From an uncultured bacterium (GTDB lineage Bacteria > Actinomycetota > Acidimicrobiia > Spongiisociales > UBA5794), in NCBI GenBank assembly GCA_963801165.1, contig CAWDDT010000007.1:32001-96000 (forward strand): a DNA stretch of 64,000 nucleotides. The letters run 5' to 3'. Position 1 is the stretch's first letter; each line of letters starts with the position of its first letter. The notes beneath the pieces are model-generated. The model was not told where the DNA came from. It ran no database searches and worked only from the letters and a program-made list of their open reading frames with translations. This document shows, piece after piece, positions 9,375 through 18,901 of the stretch. Both the position numbers and the translations under genes were made by a program.

Positions 9375-9470
9375 GGGTCCGGGAAGTGACTTGTCCGAAG
9401 AGCCGGCCTTTCAGGATGTTGAGCCGGTCACGCTGGACTTAGAGTCGTTCCTGAGTGTCCTCCCGGACCC
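9375..9470 (-). ncRNA. Putative structured RNA in the IS110 right end
   Basis: Closing stem GGGTCCGGGA/TCCCGGACCC, two inner stems (GTGAC/GTCAC, GGAC/GTCC) and complementary TCAGGA/TCCTGA segments. Confidence 0.45.
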
Positions 9471-9477
9471 GTTTCGA

Positions 9478-10506
9478 TCAGGTTGCTGTGGAGCGTCGGG
9501 CATCTGCGATGAGGTGCTGGTAGGCCCGATCGGAGATCTTCCGTTTCAGCGCCCGGATGGCTTCCTTGCTGGTTTTGCCTTCCGCGATCTTTTTGTCGTA
9601 GTAGGTGCGGCCCTCGCCGGGATAACGGAGCTGGCAGATAGCGGCGATGTGGATGGCGTGGTTGAGTTTCCGGTTCCCTCTTGGGTTGAGACGATGCCGC
9701 GGCCTGTCGCCTGAAGACGCTTCGATCGGTGCAGTGGCGTTGTAGGTAGCGAAGTGTCCTTTGGTCGGGAAACGGGTGACGTCTCCGGTGAACCCGATGA
9801 TGATCGCAGCACAGATCGGACCGATCCCGACAATGTCAGTCAGGGTTGTTGCTGATGCGGTAACAGCCACTTTGATTCGTTTCTTCGAGGCTTTCAACAT
9901 GGTGTCGAGTCGGGCAATGTCATCGACCAGTTCGGTAGCGATAACCAGCCGATGCCGTGTTACCTCCCCATCGACTGTGACCCTGGTGAGTAGCTGATTC
10001 GCTTTGTTAACAGTGATTTCTGAGCCGATCCCGCCCGGTTCGAGCTCGAGCAACAATGCATGTAAGCGGGTGCAGTGCTTGTTACGTAGCCGGGCCATGT
10101 CGCGGTGTCGTTTCGCCAGTATTCGCAGCACTTGGGTGTGGTCATCTGGCCGGACCCGGGCCAGTCGATCAGAACGCAACGCCGCGATCGCGACCGACCG
10201 GGCATCATTCGGGTCGTTCTTTTGTGACCTTCCCGAGCCCAACACCCGAACCCGCGACGCCAACAGCGGTGGCACATCAAAAACAGTCTCACCGGTCGCA
10301 ACTAGCTGTTGAGCGACCAGATAACCGAGCCCGTTCGCCGACTCGACAGCCCATTCCCGCTTCTCGAAACCAGCAGCCCATTCGCACAGCCGGTCCGTCT
10401 GGCTGGTTGATGCACGGAGCTTGAACTCGTCAAGTACTGCTTCGTTGTCGTCGACCGCCACTGCAGTGTGGGTTGCCTTGTGCGGATCAATACCGATCAT
10501 GGTCAT
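9478..10506 (-). CDS. IS110 family transposase/recombinase (RuvC-like DEDD plus Tnp20 domain)
   Basis: IGIDPHK, AVES, KNDPND (DEDD); GIGP..AA; EASSG catalytic Ser; GNRKLNHAIH; AIRALKR. Confidence 0.95.
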   Translation of the reverse strand: MTMIGIDPHKATHTAVAVDDNEAVLDEFKLRASTSQTDRLCEWAAGFEKREWAVESANGLGYLVAQQLVATGETVFDVPPLLASRVRVLGSGRSQKNDPNDARSVAIAALRSDRLARVRPDDHTQVLRILAKRHRDMARLRNKHCTRLHALLLELEPGGIGSEITVNKANQLLTRVTVDGEVTRHRLVIATELVDDIARLDTMLKASKKRIKVAVTASATTLTDIVGIGPICAAIIIGFTGDVTRFPTKGHFATYNATAPIEASSGDRPRHRLNPRGNRKLNHAIHIAAICQLRYPGEGRTYYDKKIAEGKTSKEAIRALKRKISDRAYQHLIADARRSTAT

Positions 10507-10529
10507 GAGAATGCCTTCCTCCTAGACGA

Positions 10530-10712
10530 TGGTGAACCGAGGTGGGCACTCCTGATTTGGGTCGATGTGTTCTCGCCTCTTTCGAGCCACACCCCAGTCG
10601 GGTAACCGGTCGGCAAGCATCTCGTTCGAAAGCCAACCCCAAAAGGGGTGGCAGGCACTGATAGAGCCCACCGATCGGACCACCCGAACGCTACGGAACC
10701 ACCGCAACGCAT
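10530..10712 (-). ncRNA. Putative IS110 bridge RNA
   Basis: Contains a 9-nt copy of the left junction/flank (10654-10662 = 10730-10738) and an 8-nt copy of the right end (10575-10582 = 9282-9289), each in a CTC...GAG-closed internal loop; boundaries approximate. Confidence 0.75.
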
Positions 10713-11007
10713 GCCACCAGTATCAATCCGGCACTGATGCGTGCCGCGCATCGAGTACCCACAGTGGTGGTCTTGGTTTGGCCGCAGGATCAGAGCGCGG
10801 TGTTGGGACAAGAGTTGCAGTGACGGGACACGAGTCAGAGTCAGGCAAGGAGTGAGATGAAGCCCACAACGATCACGACACTACCGGCACATCTCCGCTC
10901 GGTAGGACGAATACTCTGGTCGTCACGGGTGACTTGCCTCGAGCGCGCTTGGTAGATATCGCCGCGATCCGATCGCCTCGGTAGGCTCGTGGGAGGGAGG
11001 TGCCCAC

Positions 11008-11511
11008 ATGCTGTCATTGCCGGGCCTTGAATTTGCGCTGCCCGAGGAGCCGGGTGCGGATCAGTCGATGCGCGAGCTGCTTACCGGCTGGCTGGATTAC
11101 CAGCGGGCCCATTTCCGCCGCAAGCTGCGTGATCTGTCACCTGAAGGGATGGCGGCGTGGTCGGTGCCGCCGCTCGAGTTGTCGATCCTCGGTTTGATCC
11201 GGCACCTGGCGCAGATGGAGCACTTCTACCTGGCGTGGGGGCTCGGCGGGGGACAGCGTTTCGAGCTGTACGGTGAAGACGACTATGCAGGCGGCAGTGT
11301 CGACACTCTCGCCGAGGACTGGGAGACCTACCGGCGTCACGTCGCCGCTGCCGACACAGCGATCGCCGCTTTGCCGGATCTGGATGCGGTGGGGAAGGGC
11401 CATGGCCGGCCGCTTGGCGCCACACTGGTCAAGATGATCGACGAGTACGCCGTACACAGCGGGGAGGCCCACATGCTCCGTTACGCCGCGCTGGGACGGA
11501 TGGTCAGGTGA
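11008..11511 (+). CDS. DinB/DUF664 family protein
   Basis: L..WLDYQR, LSILGLIRHLAQME, MIDEYAVHSGEA. Confidence 0.8.
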   Translation: MLSLPGLEFALPEEPGADQSMRELLTGWLDYQRAHFRRKLRDLSPEGMAAWSVPPLELSILGLIRHLAQMEHFYLAWGLGGGQRFELYGEDDYAGGSVDTLAEDWETYRRHVAAADTAIAALPDLDAVGKGHGRPLGATLVKMIDEYAVHSGEAHMLRYAALGRMVR

Positions 11512-12157
11512 GCGCAGCCCGCTCCAGCCCGTCGATGATCAGGTCGAGGCCGAACTCGAAGGAGTTGCCGAAGGCGTAGCCGTCGCGCAGCACGTGCTCG
11601 GTAGTGAACTCGTGCAGGTTGGGATACTCGCCGGCAAAAGCCTCCATCAGATCAGCAGCAAGGTCGACGATCTCACCTCCGCCTCCCCCGGGAAGCGCAG
11701 CCTCTTCCATGGCAAAGCCGTAGAGATAGCTATCGAGGATGGCATAGGCGTGGGCCGTGAGCTCAACCGACAGTCCGCCGCGCCGGAAGCATCCGAGCAC
11801 CTCATCGTGGTGGCGGAGCGAATCGGCGCCGGGGGAGGTGCGTGATTCCATCACCGGCGGCGCCCAGGGGTGACGATTGAGGACCTGGCGCGCCGAGACG
11901 TACCGGGTCCTGATAGCGCGCTTCCAGTCGACTCCGGATGGCGGCAGCGCGATCTCGGCGAACACCATGTCGACCATACCGTCCACGATCGCCTCCTTAC
12001 TCGGGACGTGGTAGTAGATCGTCATAGGCTTGACGCCGAGTGCGGAAGCCAGGCTGCGAATGGTCAGACCCTCCATCCCCGCCTCGTCTGCAAGCTTCAC
12101 CGCCGTTTCCAGGACCCGATCTCGCGACAGATGCGGCTTGTCCGTTTTAGTGGTCAT
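11504..12157 (-). CDS. TetR/AcrR family regulator with TetR_C domain
   Basis: LSRDRVLETAVKLADEAG...LTIRSLA..LGVKPMTIYYHVPSKE; FEFGLDLIIDG. Confidence 0.92.
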   Translation of the reverse strand: MTTKTDKPHLSRDRVLETAVKLADEAGMEGLTIRSLASALGVKPMTIYYHVPSKEAIVDGMVDMVFAEIALPPSGVDWKRAIRTRYVSARQVLNRHPWAPPVMESRTSPGADSLRHHDEVLGCFRRGGLSVELTAHAYAILDSYLYGFAMEEAALPGGGGGEIVDLAADLMEAFAGEYPNLHEFTTEHVLRDGYAFGNSFEFGLDLIIDGLERAALT

Positions 12158-12179
12158 CTAGCTCTCCTACAAAAGACTG

Positions 12180-12237
12180 TTGACATCATCGTACTTAGTA
12201 CGGTAACCTCCGGTCAATTCTTCGTACATTGTACGAA
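12180..12237. promoter_or_regulatory. Promoter and two TetR-type operators in the divergent intergenic region
   Basis: TTGACA 12180-12185 and TAACCT 12204-12209; palindromes CGTAC-TTA-GTACG 12190-12202 and TTCGTAC-ATT-GTACGAA 12221-12237. Confidence 0.7.
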
Positions 12238-12258
12238 CGCAACACAGGAGAGAAGGCA

Positions 12259-13272
12259 ATGACTGTAGAGAACACAACCGCGACAACCCGGGACACGATG
12301 CGGGCAGTGGCGCGACACTCATATGGCACACTCGAGCAGGTCCAGCTGGAAAATATCGCGAGGCCCGAGCCGGGGCGTGGCCAGGTGCTGATCGAGGTTC
12401 ATGCCGCCGGGGTCGACCAGGGTGTGTGGCATCTGATGACCGGGTTGCCGTATCTGGTCAGGCTCGCCGGTTTTGGGCTGACCAGGCCGAAGAACCCCAC
12501 ACTCGGTCTCGACGTCGCCGGTCGGGTCGCGGCCGTCGGCCCCGGCGTAGAACGGTTCGCCGTCGGCGACGAGGTCTTCGGTTTTGCCGACGGGTCGTTC
12601 GCCGAGTACGCACTCGCCGAGGAATCGAGCCTCGCCCTCAAGCCCGTCTCGATGACCTACGAGCAGGCCGCTGCGGTACCCGTTTCCGGTGTCACCGCAC
12701 TCCAAGCGCTGACCGACGTCGGCCGGCTGCAACCGGGTCAGAGCGTGCTCGTAATCGGCGCTTCGGGCGGAGTGGGCAGCTACGCGGTCCAACTGGCGGT
12801 GGCTCTCGGTGCCCGGGTCACCGGCGTGGCGGGTGGCTCGAAGACCGACCTCGTGCGCTCTCTCGGCGCCTCGGAGGTTGTCGACTACAAAGCGACCGAC
12901 TATCTCGACGGTTCCCGGCGCTACGACCTCATCGTCGACACGGGTGGCCGCAACCCCGTTCGCAAGCTCCGCAAGGCGCTGACCGACCAGGGCACCCTCG
13001 TCATCGTCGGAGGTGAGGGCGGTGGCCGATGGACCGGTGGCATTGGCCGTCAGATCCGAGCCACGCTGTTGTCGCCGTTCGTGTCGCACCGACTGGCCAT
13101 GTTCATCAGCAGACAGAGCCACGAGCTGCTGGAACGGCTCGGATCGTACCTCGACTCCGGGGACGTGACGCCCGCCGTAGGCCGCACCTACACACTCGAC
13201 CAGGCACCCACCGCCATCGCCGACCTGGAAGCTGGCCGCACGGCCGGGAAGTCCGTCATCAGCGTTCGCTGA
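12259..13272 (+). CDS. NAD(P)-dependent MDR oxidoreductase (Zn-independent, quinone reductase-like)
   Basis: VLIEVHAAGV, LGLDVAG.V, GASGGVG, GRTAGKSVI; no Zn-binding Cys. Confidence 0.88.
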   Translation: MTVENTTATTRDTMRAVARHSYGTLEQVQLENIARPEPGRGQVLIEVHAAGVDQGVWHLMTGLPYLVRLAGFGLTRPKNPTLGLDVAGRVAAVGPGVERFAVGDEVFGFADGSFAEYALAEESSLALKPVSMTYEQAAAVPVSGVTALQALTDVGRLQPGQSVLVIGASGGVGSYAVQLAVALGARVTGVAGGSKTDLVRSLGASEVVDYKATDYLDGSRRYDLIVDTGGRNPVRKLRKALTDQGTLVIVGGEGGGRWTGGIGRQIRATLLSPFVSHRLAMFISRQSHELLERLGSYLDSGDVTPAVGRTYTLDQAPTAIADLEAGRTAGKSVISVR

Positions 13273-13290
13273 GAGCGAAAGGATCTCGAA

Positions 13291-14052
13291 ATGATCGCAA
13301 CAGATATCACTCGTGACAACGTCCATCTGACGCCGAACTACCCCGGCGCGATGCGCCCCGGGTTCTCACCGCGGCGTGCCGCCCGCATCGCCGGTGTCTC
13401 TTACATCCTCCTGTTCGTGCTGGCGATCTTCGGCAACTTCGTCGTGGTCCAAGGAATGGTCGACCCGGACAGCGGGGCGGCGACGCTGGCGAATATCACA
13501 CGATCACTCGGGTTGTTCCGTCTCGGCCTCATCGCGTTCATGGTGATCTTCCTGCTGGACGTCGTCGTTGCCTGGGCCTTGCACATGGTCTTCCGCGAAG
13601 TTGATCACGACGTGTCGCTCGGTGCGGCGTGGTTCCGGGTCGTCTATACCGTGCTGCTCGGTGTTGCGCTCGTGTTCTTCTATCAGGCGCTTCACCTGGT
13701 GAGCGATGCCGGCCTCGCATCGGCGTTCAGTACCGAACAGATAGGGGCGCAGACATTGGCGGCGATGCAGTCGTTCAACGACGTCTGGCTCGTTGGGTTG
13801 GCGGCGTTTGGTGTTCACCTGGTGATCATCGGGTATCTGGTCAATCGGTCCGGGTACACGTCCAGGGTGCTCGGATGGCTCCTGGTGGCGGCCGGGGTTG
13901 CGTACATCCTCGACACGACTGCAAGGACCCTGCTCGGCAACTACGCGGACTTCGAGAATCTGTTTCTGGCTGTGGTCGCTATCCCGTCGATGGTCGGTGA
14001 GGGATGGCTCGGGCTCTGGCTGCTGCTCGGCAATCAGAAGCCGGCGTCCTGA
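13291..14052 (+). CDS. DUF4386 family membrane protein
   Basis: ARIAGVSY, LDVVVAWAL, FGVHL...GYL, VGEGWLGLWLL; multiple TM helices. Confidence 0.75.
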   Translation: MIATDITRDNVHLTPNYPGAMRPGFSPRRAARIAGVSYILLFVLAIFGNFVVVQGMVDPDSGAATLANITRSLGLFRLGLIAFMVIFLLDVVVAWALHMVFREVDHDVSLGAAWFRVVYTVLLGVALVFFYQALHLVSDAGLASAFSTEQIGAQTLAAMQSFNDVWLVGLAAFGVHLVIIGYLVNRSGYTSRVLGWLLVAAGVAYILDTTARTLLGNYADFENLFLAVVAIPSMVGEGWLGLWLLLGNQKPAS

Positions 14053-14082
14053 GTCTCCCGACCGGGTTTCTACACTCGCCGC

Positions 14083-14514
14083 ATGGAGCTAACGCCACAA
14101 CAACACCAATTTCTCGAGGGCACGCACGGTGCCGCCATGATTACCGTCGGCGGTGACGGGTTTTCCAAGGCGGCGCGGGTCGGAGTAGCGCTCGTCGACG
14201 GCAAGCTGCAGAGCAGCGCCCGCGGCGGCGCCGTGCGGACGGCACGGCTCAGACGAGATCCACGCTGCACCTTGTTCGTTTTCGACTCGCGGTTTTCCTA
14301 TCTCACCCTGGAGACCACCGTGACGATCGTCGGCCAACCCGAGTCGGTCGACGCATCGGTCACGTTGTTCCGTGCCATGCAGGGTCGCCCCGAAGGTCCG
14401 CTGGCCTGGTTCGGCCGCGAGCTCGAAGAAGATGAGTTCCGCCGCCAGATGGTGGATGAAGATCGCATCGTGTTCGAGTTCGAGGTGAGTAGGGCCTACG
14501 GTCTCGTCACATAG
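14083..14514 (+). CDS. PPOX-class (pyridoxamine 5'-phosphate oxidase-like, possibly F420-dependent) protein
   Basis: MITVG.DG, RLRRDPRCTLFV, MVDEDRIV. Confidence 0.75.
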   Translation: MELTPQQHQFLEGTHGAAMITVGGDGFSKAARVGVALVDGKLQSSARGGAVRTARLRRDPRCTLFVFDSRFSYLTLETTVTIVGQPESVDASVTLFRAMQGRPEGPLAWFGRELEEDEFRRQMVDEDRIVFEFEVSRAYGLVT

Positions 14515-14710
14515 CGCCGACGAACTCCGCGATCGCTTCGGTGATGGATTTGTGATCGGTCGATGCGGCAGGTCGAATCATCTCAGCACACTTGAGATCG
14601 TGTCCCGGCCATGGTGAGTGTGGATGCCCCCGTCGTTGTCAGCCCGGCCCGGGCTCGTCGAGATCGTGTCACTGCGGCGCGATACGCTGGGGATGTCGTT
14701 TGAGGACACC

Positions 14711-15709
14711 ATGGCACGAGTATTCCAGTTGAACGAGCCCGGCCCCGTCGAGTCGCGGCCGCTGCGCGCCACCGACCGCCTCGATTTCGACCCGGAACCG
14801 GGGGAGGTCCTCATCGACGTATCGGCGTGTGCGGTGTGCCGGACCGATCTCCAGATTGTCGAAGGTGACGTGACCCCGCGGCAGCTCCCGATCGTCCCCG
14901 GCCATCAGGTGGTCGGCACCATCCGGGCGATCGGTGACGGCGTTGCCAACTGGCAACCCGGGGCGCGTGTCGGGGTCGCCTGGCTGGGTGGTACGTGCGG
15001 GACTTGCCGGTACTGCACTACCGGCCGGGAGAATCTGTGCGAGGAGGCGCGGTTCACCGGCTGGGACCGCGATGGCGGGTTTGCCGAGACGATCACCGCC
15101 CGTGCGGATTTCGTCTTCGCCATCCCCGGGCAGTTCACCGACCAGCAGGCGGCGCCGTTGTTGTGTGGCGGCATCATCGGATACCGGTCGCTGAAACTCT
15201 CCGGTATCGAGCCGGGTGGCAGGCTCGGTCTGTACGGGTTCGGCGCATCGGCTCTGCTCGCCTTCCAGGTGGCCAGACACTGGGGTTGTGAGATATTCGT
15301 GGCTACCCGGTCCCGCGCCGAACAGCAGCGGGCGCTCGACATGGGTGCCACCTGGGCAGGCTCGTATCACGATCAGCCGCAGGTGCCACTCGACGCCGCG
15401 ATCACATTTGCTCCCGTGGGGTACGTAGTAGTCGAGGCGCTCAAGGCGATCGCCCCCGGGTCGACGGTGGCGATCAACGCCATCCACCTCGACACCGTGC
15501 CCGAGTTCCCCTACGACCTGCTGTGGAGGGAGCGGAGCATCAGGAGCGTCGCCAATTTCACCCGACACGACGCCCGGGAGTTCCTCGAGCTGGCGGCGGC
15601 TATCCCCGTCGAGACAGTTGTCGATTCGTACCCGCTTTCGGATGTCAACATCGCCCTGGCACAGTTGAAGCAGAGCGAGGTAAGCGGAGCAGCCGTCCTC
15701 TCAGTGTGA
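14711..15709 (+). CDS. Zinc-dependent alcohol dehydrogenase
   Basis: CAVCRTD, PGHQVVG, CGTCRYC.......C, APLLCGG, GLYGFG. Confidence 0.92.
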   Translation: MARVFQLNEPGPVESRPLRATDRLDFDPEPGEVLIDVSACAVCRTDLQIVEGDVTPRQLPIVPGHQVVGTIRAIGDGVANWQPGARVGVAWLGGTCGTCRYCTTGRENLCEEARFTGWDRDGGFAETITARADFVFAIPGQFTDQQAAPLLCGGIIGYRSLKLSGIEPGGRLGLYGFGASALLAFQVARHWGCEIFVATRSRAEQQRALDMGATWAGSYHDQPQVPLDAAITFAPVGYVVVEALKAIAPGSTVAINAIHLDTVPEFPYDLLWRERSIRSVANFTRHDAREFLELAAAIPVETVVDSYPLSDVNIALAQLKQSEVSGAAVLSV

Positions 15710-16840
15710 CGTTGCAGCAGGCGTCACTGCCAACCGCGTTGTCCACACCATCGCCGCCATGAACAACGGCACGAGGCCGAACCCGTACCGGATCGGCATG
15801 ATGCGGTCGAGGACACCCAGCAGTGCCGGGGTGATGGTGATGGCGACGCCTGAAGCGTATGCCGCCAGCGCAATGAGACGTTGCTCCGGCAGGCTCGGAT
15901 CGGCGAGCAGAAAGTCCAGCAACACCGGATACAGGACGGCGATCCCCAGACCGGCGAGAAAGAGACCGGCAATCAGAACCGTGACGCCGCCACCGAACAC
16001 GACAAGCACACCTGCAAGCGACGTGACGACTGCCGACACCAGGACCGGTGAGCGCAGTCCCCGTGGGCCGACAAGCCGCCCCACGGCCATACCGACGGCA
16101 AAGGCCGCTGCCAAACCGCTGGCTACGCTGTCGGTGGCGCCACCGTCGACAAGACGGGCGGCACCCCAGGTCCAGAAGCAGAACTCTGCGGAAACGGCGA
16201 GCACGATGGCCAGCCAACGCCACCAGGTGCTCGCCGTCATTCGCCCGGAAGATGTCACGCTGACTGCCGACAAGGTTCCTGCCGGGCTCCGCCTCCGCGT
16301 CGTGGTGAGCGCAGCGGGAATAACCCAGAGCAGGGGGAGGATCAGGGCGACACGGCCGGTGGTGAACAGACGGTCGGCCAGGGCCACCGCGCCGGGGGCG
16401 ATGAGACCGGCGACACTCGAGGCACCGACCGCGACGGCGAGACGGTGCGAGCGGTCGTCGGTCCCGACAAGGGCGGGGGTTGCGATCACAAACGCCGAGC
16501 ACCCCGCCCCTTGGAGCAACCCCCCGGCTCCGAGGAGAGACAATCTGTCACCGAACCCGAGGAGGGCCGTGCCGGCCAACAGCAGCAACGCTCCCACCGC
16601 CACAACCGGTGCCGGGCCCCGGCTCAGCGCGCGCCTCCCCAGCAGACCAGCTCCGAGCAGGGTGAACCCGAATGCCGACCCCAGCCACGCCAGTTGGTAG
16701 CGGGGGACGTTGAGATCCCGTGCCCCGAGAATCAGAACGGGTCCGAGACCACCCAGACACCATCCGACGGCCGCCTGGATGGCGAACACATGCCGATCAC
16801 GAGCGAGCAGCGTTGTGGCCACGCGGGCGAGTGTACGCAT
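15701..16840 (-). CDS. MFS transporter
   Basis: About 12 hydrophobic segments; EFCFWTWG, GMAVGRLVG. Confidence 0.75.
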   Translation of the reverse strand: MRTLARVATTLLARDRHVFAIQAAVGWCLGGLGPVLILGARDLNVPRYQLAWLGSAFGFTLLGAGLLGRRALSRGPAPVVAVGALLLLAGTALLGFGDRLSLLGAGGLLQGAGCSAFVIATPALVGTDDRSHRLAVAVGASSVAGLIAPGAVALADRLFTTGRVALILPLLWVIPAALTTTRRRSPAGTLSAVSVTSSGRMTASTWWRWLAIVLAVSAEFCFWTWGAARLVDGGATDSVASGLAAAFAVGMAVGRLVGPRGLRSPVLVSAVVTSLAGVLVVFGGGVTVLIAGLFLAGLGIAVLYPVLLDFLLADPSLPEQRLIALAAYASGVAITITPALLGVLDRIMPIRYGFGLVPLFMAAMVWTTRLAVTPAATSH

Positions 16841-16867
16841 CGGGGCGAGCGATGTGGCGGGCCCGGT

Positions 16868-18901
16868 CTACGCGTCCGGCTGCAGACGGGCCCGGTCGGC
16901 AGGGGCGGGGACGACACCGCCCAGGCTCGGCGCCCCACCACTCTGGGGGCCGCTGAACTGGGCGTTGTAAAGGTCCGCATACGCTCCGCCCCTGGCGATC
17001 AACTCGTCGTGGTTGCCCTGCTCGACAATCGCTCCGTGCTCCATGACCAGGATCAGGTCGGCGTCCCGGATAGTGGACAGACGGTGGGCGATGACGAAGC
17101 TGGTGCGCTGGGTCCGCAACGCCGCCATGGCATGCTGCAGCAGCGCCTCGGTGCGAGTGTCGACCGAGCTGGTGGCCTCATCGAGGATGAGCAGCGCGGG
17201 GTTGGCGAGGAACGCCCGGGCGATCGTAATCAGCTGCTTCTCACCGGCGCTGATGTTGGCGCCCTCGTCGTCGACGATGGTGTCGTAGCCGTCGGGGAGA
17301 CTGTGTACGAACCGGTCGACAAACGTCGCCTCGGCGGCGGCATGGATCTCCTCTTCCGACGCTCCCAGCTTGCCGTATGCGATGTTGTCGCGGATCGTGC
17401 CGTCGAAGAGCCACGTGTCCTGCAGTACCATCCCGGTGTTGGCGCGGACGTCGTGACGCTTCATCTGTGAGATGTCCTCACCGTCGAGAGTGATCCGACC
17501 GCTATCGAGCTCGTAGAAGCGCATGATCAGGTTGACCAGCGTTGTCTTGCCGGCGCCGGTCGGCCCGACGATGGCGATGGTGTGGCCCGGTTCGACGGTC
17601 AACGACAGATCCTCGATCAGCGGCTGGTCATCTTCGTAGCGGAAGGACACATGCTCGAAGGCGACCCGGCCGCGCCGGTCGGTCGTGCTCACCGCAAGGG
17701 CGTGATCGGGCTCCTGTTCCTCCGCATCGAGCAACTCGAACACTCGCTCTGCAGAGGCCACCCCAGACTGCAGCAGGTTGACCATCGACGCCACCTGGGT
17801 GACCGGCTGGGTGAACCGGCGGGTGTACTGGATGAAGGCCTGCACTTCACCCAGGCTCATCGTGCCACCGGCGACCCGCAGTCCGCCGAGCACTGCGATG
17901 ACCACATAGTTGATGTTGCCGATGAACATCATGATCGGCATGATCAGCCCGGAAAGGAATTGGGCTTTGAAGCTGGCCTCGTACATCTGGTCGTTCTCGA
18001 CCTCGAAATCGGATTGAACCTCTTCCTGACGACCGAAGACCTTGGTGAGGGCATGGCCGGTGAAAGCTTCCTCCACCTGGGCGTTGAGTGCACCGGTGTG
18101 GCGCCACTGTCCGATGAACTGGGTGCGAGAGCGGCGCATCACCAATGCGGCGAGGGCCATGCTCACCGGGACCGTGATCAGCACGAACAGTGCCAGGGTC
18201 CACGAGATGTCGATCATCATGACCATGATGAAGACAATGGTGAGCAGCGAGGTGAGCATCTGGCTCATCGTCTGTTGCAGGCTCTGTGCCAGGTTGTCCA
18301 TGTCGTTGGTGACCCGGCTCAACAGCTCGCCGCGCGGCTGCTGATCGAAGTAGCGGAGCGGCACACTGTTGATCTTGTCCTCGACCGCGGAGCGGAGCCG
18401 GAGGACGGTGGCCTGAACGACGTCGTTGAGCAGCCATCCCTGGACGTAGGAGAGCAGTGTCGAGCCGATATAGAGGGCGAGCACGATCGCCAGCACGTGC
18501 CACAGCGCACCGAAGTCGATGCCCTGGCCGGGCACCAGGTCGATACCGCCGAGCAGGTCCGCGACCTTGCCGTTACCGGCCGCCCTGGCGGCGTCGATTG
18601 CCTGTGCCTTTGTTATCCCCGCCGGCAGGGTCTTGCCGACCGCCCCGGCGAAGATGATGTCGGTGCCACGCCCCAGGACCCGCGGCCCCGTGACGGCCAG
18701 TGCCACGCTGGCAATGGCGGCGACGATGACCGCCCCTATCTTGGTGCGCTCGGGCCGAAGCCAGCCGAGCAACCGCCTCGCCGATCCCTTGAAGTTGCTT
18801 GCCTTCTGGCCGACCATGCCCCCGCCGTGTGGTCCCCGCCCGGGAGTCATGTGGCCGGTGATCCGCTCGGTCTTCTTCATCTTCTGAGGTGGAGTGCTCA
18901 T
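16868..18901 (-). CDS. Heterodimeric ABC exporter, permease/ATP-binding subunit (consensus site)
   Basis: TM domain; GPTGAGKTT, ISAGEKQ, ILDEAT, IAHRLST. Confidence 0.93.
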   Translation of the reverse strand: MSTPPQKMKKTERITGHMTPGRGPHGGGMVGQKASNFKGSARRLLGWLRPERTKIGAVIVAAIASVALAVTGPRVLGRGTDIIFAGAVGKTLPAGITKAQAIDAARAAGNGKVADLLGGIDLVPGQGIDFGALWHVLAIVLALYIGSTLLSYVQGWLLNDVVQATVLRLRSAVEDKINSVPLRYFDQQPRGELLSRVTNDMDNLAQSLQQTMSQMLTSLLTIVFIMVMMIDISWTLALFVLITVPVSMALAALVMRRSRTQFIGQWRHTGALNAQVEEAFTGHALTKVFGRQEEVQSDFEVENDQMYEASFKAQFLSGLIMPIMMFIGNINYVVIAVLGGLRVAGGTMSLGEVQAFIQYTRRFTQPVTQVASMVNLLQSGVASAERVFELLDAEEQEPDHALAVSTTDRRGRVAFEHVSFRYEDDQPLIEDLSLTVEPGHTIAIVGPTGAGKTTLVNLIMRFYELDSGRITLDGEDISQMKRHDVRANTGMVLQDTWLFDGTIRDNIAYGKLGASEEEIHAAAEATFVDRFVHSLPDGYDTIVDDEGANISAGEKQLITIARAFLANPALLILDEATSSVDTRTEALLQHAMAALRTQRTSFVIAHRLSTIRDADLILVMEHGAIVEQGNHDELIARGGAYADLYNAQFSGPQSGGAPSLGGVVPAPADRARLQPDA

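Larger units (their letters stand above)
9277..10732 (-). mobile_element. IS110-family insertion sequence (~1.45 kb)
   Basis: Transposase flanked by ~200 bp non-coding ends; TTGACA at the right end (9291-9296, minus); no terminal inverted repeats; ends uncertain by a few nt. Confidence 0.85.
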
